A stretch of DNA of 64,000 bases from Nitrospirota bacterium. Its GTDB lineage: Bacteria > Nitrospirota > Thermodesulfovibrionia > Thermodesulfovibrionales > UBA9159. The stretch lies in assembly GCA_963699545.1 (NCBI GenBank), contig CAVOUE010000006.1, forward strand, positions 224,001 through 288,000. Reading direction: 5' to 3'. A program made the position numbers and the translations under genes. Shown one piece after another: positions 1 through 9,050 of the stretch (its first letter is position 1; the number at the start of each line of letters is the position of its first letter). The notes under the pieces were generated by a model, which ran no database searches, had not been told where the DNA came from, and saw only the letters and a list, made by a program, of their open reading frames with translations.

Positions 1-424
1 GGGGAACAATCTGTTCGAGCGGTTTTCAGTACCCTGTCTGATCTATGCCCCCCGGGTTTTACCACCATCGGTGGTGTCGAAGATAGTTGCCCAGACAGAT
101 CTCGCGCCGACCATTCTGGACATCCTGAAATCCTCGGACTCCCATACATCCTTCGGACAGTCCGCTTTTAATGATCTCCCCGGCGTTGGCTTGTTGTCCT
201 ATGGAGACGCCGACGTCTTTGTGCGGGAGGGTTGGATGCTCGTGTCCTCGGTCCACGGCCTTACCGACCGGTATCACTTCGGGGCGTCCGCGAAGGACCC
301 GTCCCCTGAGGACGAAGGAAGGGTGGCGAGACTCGTACGTGAAGAGGACTACTATGTCCAGTTCTTCCATGATCTCATTCTCCGTAACAGGCTTTATCCA
401 CTCAACGGAAGGGAAAAGCGCTGA
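1..424 (+). CDS. C-terminal part of an LTA-synthase/sulfatase-family protein (5' end outside window)
   Basis: Open frame from the window edge; ...ERFSVPCLIYAP...AQTDLAPTILDIL...SFGQS resembles the sulfatase/LtaS C-terminus. Confidence 0.7.
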   Translation, partial: GNNLFERFSVPCLIYAPRVLPPSVVSKIVAQTDLAPTILDILKSSDSHTSFGQSAFNDLPGVGLLSYGDADVFVREGWMLVSSVHGLTDRYHFGASAKDPSPEDEGRVARLVREEDYYVQFFHDLILRNRLYPLNGREKR

Positions 425-1029
425 AACCCTTACTCCTGATCATAAGCTTCATCCTGTTGTCCCCGGGACTTGCCGGAGCCGAAACGGTAAGAACTCTTTC
501 AGAGAGGAACGAGTTTGGAGGGACAACAAGGGAGATCACGTACGCGCCGGACGAGGAAGGATCCGGAATGTTCGTCAAAATGGTCTCGTATTTCGACGGC
601 AAGGGGCGACAGGTCAAGCTGGAAAGCTACTATACCGCTTCGTATGCCCTCAAGAACGGCTTCGACAAGATGACAGTGCAGTATGGCAGCAACGAAAAAA
701 AGTCAACGTTCGAGTACGAGCACACTTCTGACTCTGCAGAAAAAAATGGCGCGAGAAAGACCGTGGTCCATCTGGATGACAATGAAAAAATGATCCGGTC
801 AGAAAAGTTCTCTACCGAGAAATATATTCATGAAAAAGGGATTGAAAGAGTGACGATCTATTATGATGGGGATGAGAAAGAGACGAAAGTGGAATACTCG
901 TATACCGGGAAAGCTGCCGATGAGAAAGGGTTTGACAGGACGATCATCCACTTTGACGACAAAGGGAACGAGACGAGGACAGAATACTATAAGGATAAGA
1001 GATTGATTCAAACCTTAACGCCGCAATGA
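421..1029 (+). CDS. Exported hypothetical protein with about five 30-aa tandem repeats
   Basis: Frame is open from CTG 421 and gives a signal-like LKPLLLIISFILLSPGLAGA; repeats of the type GFDRTIIHFDDKGNETRTEYY; start codon uncertain. Confidence 0.65.
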   Translation: MKPLLLIISFILLSPGLAGAETVRTLSERNEFGGTTREITYAPDEEGSGMFVKMVSYFDGKGRQVKLESYYTASYALKNGFDKMTVQYGSNEKKSTFEYEHTSDSAEKNGARKTVVHLDDNEKMIRSEKFSTEKYIHEKGIERVTIYYDGDEKETKVEYSYTGKAADEKGFDRTIIHFDDKGNETRTEYYKDKRLIQTLTPQ

Positions 1030-1056
1030 AGATGACAGGGATGGAAGAGACTGCTG

Positions 1057-2124
1057 TCAGACAGCATGATAAAAGGCGTCCCTCTCCACCGGAACCTTCC
1101 CGGCCTTCTCTATGAGGGTGACGAGCTCTTTCTTCGTCAACCCCTCGCTGCTCATGGCTCCCGCGGAATGGGTGATCTTCTCCTCAACAATCGTCCCGTC
1201 CAGATCGTCCGCTCCAAAGAGGAGTGATACCTGGGCGATCTTCTCCCCGAGCATGATCCAGTATGCCTTTATGTGGGGAAGGTTATCCAGCAAGAGCCTG
1301 CTTACAGCGATGGTCTTGAGATCATCGATGCCCGAGGTGTAAAAACCGCCGATGTCGGTGTTCCTCGGGTGGTATGCAAGAGGGATGAATGCCTGGAACC
1401 CTCGTGTGGTGTCCTGCAACTGCCGGAGCTTCAGGAGATGGTCGACCCTGTCTTCAAAGGATTCCAGGTGGCCGTAAAGCATGGTCGCATTGGTCGGTAT
1501 TCCGCAGAGGTGGGCCGTTCTATGGATCTCAAGCCACCGTTCCCCCGATATCTTTTCAGGGCAGAGTTTCGTCCTCACCCTTTCCGCAAAGATCTCGGCT
1601 CCCCCTCCGGGCATCGCCTGAAGGCCGCTCCTTTTCAGCCTGTCGAGCACTTCTCTCACCGTCAGCCCGCTGATCCTTGAGAAATGGTCTATTTCCACTG
1701 CAGTGAACGCCTTTATGGCAATGGAGGGGAACGCCTTCTTGATTTTAGAGAGCATCGTGCAATAGTGCGCAAAGGACCATTCAGGATGGAGTCCGCCGAC
1801 GATGTGGACCTCTCTAAAAGCGGTTCGGGATCCGGAGTCCGGAGTGCGGAGTTTTTCGATGATCTCATCAATAGTGAATTCAAAGGCACCAGCCTCTCCC
1901 TTTGACCGGCTGAAGGCACAGAACCTGCACCGGTTCACGCAGATATTCGTGGGGTTGACGTGCCGGTTTACAATGAAAAAGGCTTTCTTCCCGTTCTTCT
2001 TCTCCGCAACACGGGCCGCAAGTCGGCCCAGGGTAAAGATATCGTCGCTGTAAAACATTGCCAGGGCGTCTTCGCCGGTGATCCGCTTCCCTGAAAGGAC
2101 CTTGTCAGTGACCGCTTTGAGCAT
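1057..2124 (-). CDS. mqnE: Aminofutalosine synthase MqnE (CofH/MqnE radical SAM family)
   Basis: TNICVNRCRFCAF (CxxxCxxC), HIVGGLHP, MPGGGAEIF, HIKAYWIMLG, DDLDGTIVEEKITH. Confidence 0.85.
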   Translation of the reverse strand: MLKAVTDKVLSGKRITGEDALAMFYSDDIFTLGRLAARVAEKKNGKKAFFIVNRHVNPTNICVNRCRFCAFSRSKGEAGAFEFTIDEIIEKLRTPDSGSRTAFREVHIVGGLHPEWSFAHYCTMLSKIKKAFPSIAIKAFTAVEIDHFSRISGLTVREVLDRLKRSGLQAMPGGGAEIFAERVRTKLCPEKISGERWLEIHRTAHLCGIPTNATMLYGHLESFEDRVDHLLKLRQLQDTTRGFQAFIPLAYHPRNTDIGGFYTSGIDDLKTIAVSRLLLDNLPHIKAYWIMLGEKIAQVSLLFGADDLDGTIVEEKITHSAGAMSSEGLTKKELVTLIEKAGKVPVERDAFYHAV

Positions 2125-2265
2125 TGATAATTATAGAACAAATTATCCTTCCATTTCTCCCGATGAAGCTGGTTGACAATCTCCGTGATCTTCTCTGCAC
2201 TCATCCGCCGAGGGAAACGGTCTGCGTTGCCCCTGTCCTTCCGAACTGCGCCAAAATGTTAAAAT

Positions 2266-5034
2266 ATGAGGATGTCGATCAGGGAACTTATCATTGAAGG
2301 GGCGCGGCAGAACAACCTCAAGAACATCACGCTGACGCTCCCCCATAACAAGGTCATTGCTGTCACCGGGGTGTCGGGTTCGGGGAAGTCATCCCTTGCC
2401 TTCGATACCATCTTTGCTGAAGGCCAGTGGAGGTTCATCGAATCCATGTCCACCTATGCGAGACTGTTCCTCGAAAAACTTGACAGGCCCGACGTGGATG
2501 CCATCCACAACATACGGCCTGCGGTAGCCCTCGAACAGAAAAACCCGGTGCGCGGTTCCCGTTCCACAGTGGGGACGCTCACCGAGATGTACGACTATTT
2601 CAGGCTCTTATTTTCAAAGGTCTCAACGCCCTACTGCCCGCAGTGCGGCAAGGAGATCAGGAAATGGGACACCTCGCAGATTGTCCGACTTCTGACGGAA
2701 GAGCATGGGGAGAAAAGGCCCTTATCTTTTCAGACCGGACGAACCTCTCGAGCGAACTGAAGAAAAGGGGATATCACCGGGTTCTGGCTCAAGGATGAGA
2801 TAGTGGACATGGATGAGGGAAGGAGTTCAGTGCGGGTCCACCGCTCGATGTCGTTCTGGACAGGCTCGTGATAAGGGATGAGCCGAGGCTCTCGGATTCC
2901 ATTGAGATGGCCTGGAGAGAGGGAGAGGGAGAATTGAGGGTCGTCCTGCAGGATCAGCGACAGTCGGATAGCTAAGGCAGATCCTTACCAATTTTCTGTT
3001 TGCGAACGCATGTGACGAGTGCGGGACAGAGCTGCCCTGAGCCTTCGGCCCTGCTTTTTTCTTTTAACCACCCTGTCGGCGCTTGTCCAGAAGTGCAAGG
3101 GGTTCGGAAATACCTTGCTCTACGACGAAGACCTCATCGTCCCGGACACGGATCTCTCCCTCTCAGAAGGGGCCGTTGACCCCTGGGAAAAGCCTGCTGC
3201 AAAATGGTGGAAACAGCAGTTCCTGGCAGGCGCAAAAAAGGCAGGCATCGATGTAAAAAAACCTTTTCTGGAACTTTCCCGGAGGAGAAAAGGAGAAGGT
3301 ATTCAAGGGGATCCGAATTTTTACGGCATCGACGACTTTTTTGAGGACATGGAGGGGCGAAGGATACAAACTGCACGTCAGGGTGTTCCTGAGCAGATAC
3401 AGGAGGGGCGTCACCTGTCCTGTATGTCAGGGGAAGAGGCTCCAGCAGGAAGCACTGTCCTACAAGGTCTCCGGACTGGACATCGCTGAACTCAGCCGGA
3501 TGTCCCGGTCGAGAGTTCACGTTCTTTCGGGATATTGACTTGTCTCCTTTCAAGAGGGATCTGCAAAGAAGCTCATCCGGCAGATAATCATGAAGCTCCG
3601 GTTTCTCGAAAAAGTCGGACTCGAATACCTGACTCTCGACCGGCAGGGCAAGACCCTTTCCGGTGGTGAATACCAGAGGATAAACCTCTCGAACCAGCTC
3701 GCCTCATTATTGACCGGGACGCTCTATGTGCTGGATGAGCCCACGGTCGGACTTCATGCGAGGGACACGGAGAGGATCGCAAGGATAATGACGTCAGCTG
3801 GCGGAACTCGGGAATACCGTTATCGTTGTTGAACATGACAGGGGGATCATCGAGGCTGCTGAGTGGATCGTCGAACTTGGCCCGGGCGGAGGACAGAAGG
3901 GTGGCGAAGTTGTTTTTGCAGGGACCAGGTGAGGGATTTTCTGAAGGCTGATTGTCTCACCTCGCGGTACATGAGAGGGATGAAGAAAGTCGGACAGCTG
4001 CCAGGACGAAGAAGAGAGAGATTTCCGGCGGATGCTTATGCTCTTAGGCGCAGGAGGGAATAACCTCAAGGAAGTCGACTTCAGGATCCCGTTGAGAGAC
4101 TTAATCGCTGTCACCGGCGTGTCAGGCTCAGGCAAGAGCAGTCTCGTTGTCGAGACGCTTTACAGGGCCCTGGCCAAGAAGTTCAGGATCAGAAAGATGA
4201 CCGCCCTTGCCGTACGGGAAACTCGAGGGTGATGAGTTACCTCAAGGGCGTTAAATTATTGACCAGATCCCCGATAGGCAGGAGTCCCCGCTCCAACCCT
4301 GTCACTTACCTGAAGATCTTCGACCATATTAGGAAACTCTTTTCCGAGCAGAGAGAGGCAAAGACCTACGGTTATGGCCCGGGATTCTTCTCCTTTAATG
4401 TCCGGGCGGAAGATGCGAGACGTGCAAGGGCGAAGGCTACGAATTAATGGAGATGTATTTCTTCGAAGACCTTTATATACAAATGCGAGAAATGCGACGG
4501 GAAGAGATACAGGCCAGAGGCCCTGAGGGTCAAATACAGAGACAAGAATATAAGCGATGTCCTGAAGCTGACCGTCGATGAGGCTATAGAGATATTTTCC
4601 GACGTCCCTTCCATAGTGAGCAGGTTCTCCCTCAGATGAAGATGACGTGGGACTGGGGTATCTCAGGCTGGGGCAGTCCGCCACCACCCTTTCAGGAGGT
4701 GAAGCCCAGAGACTGAAGATATGCTCCGAGTTGTCCATCGGAAGCAAAGGCGACTTCCTCTACATCCTTGACGAGCCCACCGTCGGCCTCCATTTCAATG
4801 ACGTAAAATTGCTCATCGATGTACTGCGAAGGCTTGTGAGCGGAGGGAACACCGTCGTGGTGATCGAGCATAACCTTGATGTCATAGCCGCCTCAGACTG
4901 GATCGTTGACCTCGGGGCCCGAGGGCGGCGACCAGGGCGGCAGAATCATATTTGAGGGGACGCCGGAAGACATCGTAAAGGTCAGCGAATCGTATACAGG
5001 GAAGTATCTGAAAGGTGTTCTGAGCGGTCAATAA
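2266..5034 (+). CDS. uvrA: Excinuclease ABC subunit A, split by many indels (probably sequencing error)
   Basis: GARQNNLKN, two [11 protein letters not shown] Walker A motifs, LSGGE signatures and LDEPTVGLH twice across successive ORF fragments; ends [14 protein letters not shown] at 5034. Confidence 0.9.
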
Positions 5035-5243
5035 CAGTCTTCGGCAGTGAGGACAGACGTTGAAGTCACGGGGCCGATAGGAGCGCTCTTTTCCTAAGTT
5101 TTACCCCGAAATTACCCAAGCCTAAGATTACAAGCCTCCACCACAGCTTGACAGCTTCATTTTTTGTGATAAAAGGAAATTAGCGGACAATCGGGATTGC
5201 AGTGCATATTCTGATGGCTTTGCCATCAAAAATTGAAGGAGGG

Positions 5244-6475
5244 ATGAACATGCAAGCAAAAGCTGCTGGAAAAGTTCTCGTGATAGTTATCGCCCTGATT
5301 TCCCTGGGCTCAATGTTCGCATGTGCGGGCAAGGAGTTTGCGCCCAAGGATCCTTACCCGTATTGGTATTATCCCAAGGAATTACCGGAAGCGGACCGTG
5401 CCATAGAAGCGGCGCGTCAGAAGGGCAAGGACAAGGAATGTCCGGAAGAATTTGCGGAGGCTAGGGCCAAGGTCGACAGGGCTTATCAGGAATACATGGC
5501 GTGCAAGACCCCAGGGCCGATCCCGATAAACATTGTTTGCCCCCCTCCAACGTGCGAGTTAAAAACAGACAAGGGAAAGATTGACCTCGGGGAATCCGCA
5601 ACCCTTTCGTTGACGACATCAGGGTATGTCACCTCTGCCGTGTTGGACGGAACCGCGGTGGCACCAACCGGGGGAACGAAGAGAGTAACCCCCACTTCAA
5701 CAACAACGTACACTGCAACGATCGTCGGTCCCTCGGCTCAACACCGTGCAGCGTCTCTGTACAGGTTATTCCTCCACCGCCTCCGACATGCGAGCTGAAA
5801 GCGGATAAAGGGAAGATTGATCTAGGGGAATCCGTAACCCTCTCATTGACAACATCCGGCAAGGTCACCTCTGCGGTGCTGGACGGAACAGAGGTGCCAC
5901 CAACGGGCGGAACGAAAAAGATAGAGCCCGCCTCAGCGGCAAAGTTCACCGCACAGGTTGTCGGTCCCGGGGGCTCAAACACGTGCAGTGTCCCTGTTTC
6001 GATCCGTTTAATTCTCTATGTTCATTTTCCTTTTGATAGGCCTAAAGCAGGCGAAGATGCCAAATGGTTTAGGAACCCCGACGCCGACAATCCCGAAGAT
6101 TTGAAGGACCCGGCGAACAAGGGAAAAGCGAAGACCCAGTTCATGAACGCACAGCTGAAAGACAACCCGGCCGAGTTGAAGAAAGCCGTTGATTTTGTGA
6201 AGAAGAACACGAGTTCCTATATCACGGTCACCGGACATACCGACTCGAAGGGAACCGAACAGTACAATCGGTCGCTTTCAGAGAGAAGGGCGAATGCGGT
6301 CAAGGAATACCTGATTGAACAGCAGGCGATTGACCGGAAGCAGATCACCGCAAAAGGCCTTGGCGAGAAGAATCCTATTGCCAAAGAGAAGACACCGGAT
6401 GGCCAGGATGATCCGGGAGGCAGAGCCAAGAATAGGAGAGTTGAAATCATTTCTGAAGCCATCTCTCCCAGATAA
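5244..6475 (+). CDS. OmpA-family lipoprotein with two Ig-like repeats (one frameshift near 5735)
   Basis: GGAGG RBS before ATG 5244; lipobox-like FAC; C-terminal GHTDSKGTEQYNRSLSERRANAV...GRAKNRRVEI. Confidence 0.85.
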
Positions 6476-6482
6476 AGCGCAG

Positions 6483-6525
6483 CGTAGAGTGGCCCGCAGG
6501 CTGAGCGCCTGCGGGCCACTCTACG
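6483..6525. terminator. Perfect 19-bp inverted repeat between convergent genes (possible bidirectional terminator)
   Basis: CGTAGAGTGGCCCGCAGGC-tgagc-GCCTGCGGGCCACTCTACG; no U-tract. Confidence 0.55.
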
Positions 6526-6617
6526 TCAAGGCGTGCGGATTTTGGGTACTATCGTTCAGCGTAGATCGCAACCATATGGCTTTCGAAAAGCGGACCGTGC
6601 AGCGGCCGAAATCCCTT

Positions 6618-7028
6618 TCAAAACTCCTTAAACACCTTTGCAAGAGAATCCCCTGCCACGTGCATCCTGAACTCATTGAAATATCCGAAGGGGGTGAGCA
6701 TGACCTGATACCCGGTCCTCCTGAGTCTTTCAACGACCTCATCCAGGAGCCTCCGCGCAAATTCAGGAGAGGACTTGCTGGAGGAGAGGTGGTTGAAGGA
6801 ATGGAGCACCACATCCTTTGTTTCGAACTTTCCCGCGATCCACTTCGTGTTCTTGACGAACTTCTGGAGGACGCTCTCCCTCTTCGCCTCGTCCTCAGCC
6901 TCCGAATGGAAGAAGATCACCACCGCGTTTTTCACGGACTCCTCTTTCTCCACGTCAGGGACATCCTCCAGGCTCTTTGAAGCGGTTTTGTACGACCACT
7001 CATGCACATAGAACATCAGGAGTTTCAT
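6618..7028 (-). CDS. Free-standing archaeal-type threonyl-tRNA synthetase editing domain protein
   Basis: MKLLMFY..., [35 protein letters not shown] match the tRNA-Thr_ED family; AGGAG RBS before ATG 7028. Confidence 0.8.
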   Translation of the reverse strand: MKLLMFYVHEWSYKTASKSLEDVPDVEKEESVKNAVVIFFHSEAEDEAKRESVLQKFVKNTKWIAGKFETKDVVLHSFNHLSSSKSSPEFARRLLDEVVERLRRTGYQVMLTPFGYFNEFRMHVAGDSLAKVFKEF

Positions 7029-7158
7029 AGCAGATTCTCTCCTAAAACACACCTTTCCGTCAAGTGTGATTCATCCGCTTATAGACGGTCCCGACTATCC
7101 GCAGATTTTGCTGAGGCTTCTCTTCGCACTTCGGAAGCCGTTCTTGTATAATAGCACC

Positions 7159-8136
7159 ATGCTCTCGTACATCGGAAAACGGCTCCTCATGATGATCCCT
7201 CTTATCTTCGGCATCACCCTGATCACCTTTGCTGTGGTGCACCTCGCCCCCGGAGGCCCTGTTGAGGTCGAGACCGAGATGCAGATCAAGGCCTCTGCCC
7301 AGGCAAGGGAAAATCTGAAGAAACTCTATGGACTGGACAAGCCCTTGCACGTCCAGTACGCGGACTGGCTCAAGAGGTTTGCAAAACTGGACTTCGGCAA
7401 ATCCTTTGTGGACGGAAGGGAGGTCATAAAGAAGATCGGCGAGCGCATCCCGGTGACGCTCACCATAAACATCCTGTCTCTCCTGCTGATACTGGTCACG
7501 GCCATCCCTATCGGGATACTTTCGGCCACGAAGAGGTATTCTCTCTTCGACAAGCTCTCTACGATCTTTGTTTTCATGGGTTTCTCCACTCCGACGTTCT
7601 GGCTTGCGCTCCTCCTCATGATCCTCTTCGGGGTGAACCTGGGGATTCTTCCCATTTCAGGCATCCAGAGCATTGATGTATCGGAGATGGGCCCTCTGGA
7701 CAGGCTGGTTGACTGGGCAAGGCACCTCATCCTTCCCGTGGGTATTTCGGCCTTCGGCGGCATCGCCGGCCTGAGCAGGTACAGCAGGTCCAGTATGCTG
7801 GAGGTGATACGGCAGGACTATATCAGGACAGCCAGGGCAAAGGGACTTGATGAATCGGATGTAATACTGAAGCACGCCTTCAGGAATGCGCTGATGCCGG
7901 TGGTGACGATACTCGGCCTTTCTGTTCCGGGGCTCATAGGCGGAGGCGTCATATTCGAGACCATCTTCGCCATACCGGGGATGGGGCAGTTGTTCTATTC
8001 CTCGGCAATGTCCAGGGACTATCCCACGATCATGGGCATCCTCGTCATAGGAGCGATCCTCACCCTCATCGGCAATCTCCTGGCGGACATTTCGTACGCC
8101 TTTGTGGACCCGAGGATACGAAGGGCCGGCAGATGA
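7159..8136 (+). CDS. Peptide/nickel ABC transporter permease (OppB/DppB family)
   Basis: [10 protein letters not shown]..., [37 protein letters not shown]. Confidence 0.92.
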   Translation: MLSYIGKRLLMMIPLIFGITLITFAVVHLAPGGPVEVETEMQIKASAQARENLKKLYGLDKPLHVQYADWLKRFAKLDFGKSFVDGREVIKKIGERIPVTLTINILSLLLILVTAIPIGILSATKRYSLFDKLSTIFVFMGFSTPTFWLALLLMILFGVNLGILPISGIQSIDVSEMGPLDRLVDWARHLILPVGISAFGGIAGLSRYSRSSMLEVIRQDYIRTARAKGLDESDVILKHAFRNALMPVVTILGLSVPGLIGGGVIFETIFAIPGMGQLFYSSAMSRDYPTIMGILVIGAILTLIGNLLADISYAFVDPRIRRAGR

Positions 8137-9047
8137 ACATATCTTCCATTGTCTTCAGGAGGTTTTCACGGAACAGGCTGTCCCTGACGGCCCTGTTCGC
8201 GGTGTTCGCCATTATCGTCATGGCCCTGCTTGCAGGTATCGTCTCTCCACGGAACCCCATGGCCATCGACGTGCATAACGTTCTCTCTCCGCCGTCACCG
8301 TCCCATCCTTTCGGCACAGATGAACTTGGGAGGGACGTGCTTTCAAGGATGATCTGGGGCAGCAGGGTCTCTCTGAAGGTAGGGTTCATCGCTGTCGGCC
8401 TCGCCATCCTGATGGGAACGCTCGTCGGGGCTGTCGCCGGTTTTTACGGCGGAAAGGTCGATGCCCTCCTCATGCGATTCGTGGATATCATGCTCGCGTT
8501 CCCCACGTTCTTTCTCATCCTTGCAGTGATCGCCATACTGGAGCCAAGCATCTATACCATCATGGCAGTCATAGGATTTACCGGGTGGATGGATGTGGCA
8601 AGACTGGTGCGGGCAGAGTTCCTGACGTTAAGGGAGCGGGATTTTGTCGTGGCTGCGAAGGCCATGGGTGCGGGAAATCTGAGGATGATGTTCAAGCATA
8701 TCCTGCCCAATGCCATGGCTCCGGTCTTTGTTGCTGCCACCTTCGGGGTTGCGGGCGCCATACTCACCGAATCAGGACTCTCCTTCCTCGGCCTCGGGGT
8801 TCAGCCGCCCAACCCCAGCTGGGGCAATATCCTTACAGCGGGCAAAGACAATATCGAGGTTGCATGGTGGCTCTCCCTTTTCCCCGGCCTCGCCATCCTT
8901 GTCACGGTCCTCAGCTACAACCTCGTGGGTGAAGGTCTCAGGGATGCCCTGGATCCGAGATTGTGGGAGCATGAACGTTCCGGCGTCCCCGACAGGGAGA
9001 AAACCCCGGGAGGCGGTACCGGTGCTGAACAGAGGACGGGAAGGTGA
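8133..9047 (+). CDS. Peptide/nickel ABC transporter permease (OppC/DppC family)
   Basis: [45 protein letters not shown] overlap with the upstream gene. Confidence 0.92.
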   Translation: MNISSIVFRRFSRNRLSLTALFAVFAIIVMALLAGIVSPRNPMAIDVHNVLSPPSPSHPFGTDELGRDVLSRMIWGSRVSLKVGFIAVGLAILMGTLVGAVAGFYGGKVDALLMRFVDIMLAFPTFFLILAVIAILEPSIYTIMAVIGFTGWMDVARLVRAEFLTLRERDFVVAAKAMGAGNLRMMFKHILPNAMAPVFVAATFGVAGAILTESGLSFLGLGVQPPNPSWGNILTAGKDNIEVAWWLSLFPGLAILVTVLSYNLVGEGLRDALDPRLWEHERSGVPDREKTPGGGTGAEQRTGR

Positions 9048-9050
9048 ACT

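Noticed and set aside
2266-5034. uvrA as a pseudogene or recoded gene
   Set aside because: All motifs are present and colinear. Similar indels hit normally essential genes (ftsH, folP), so assembly error is the simpler explanation.
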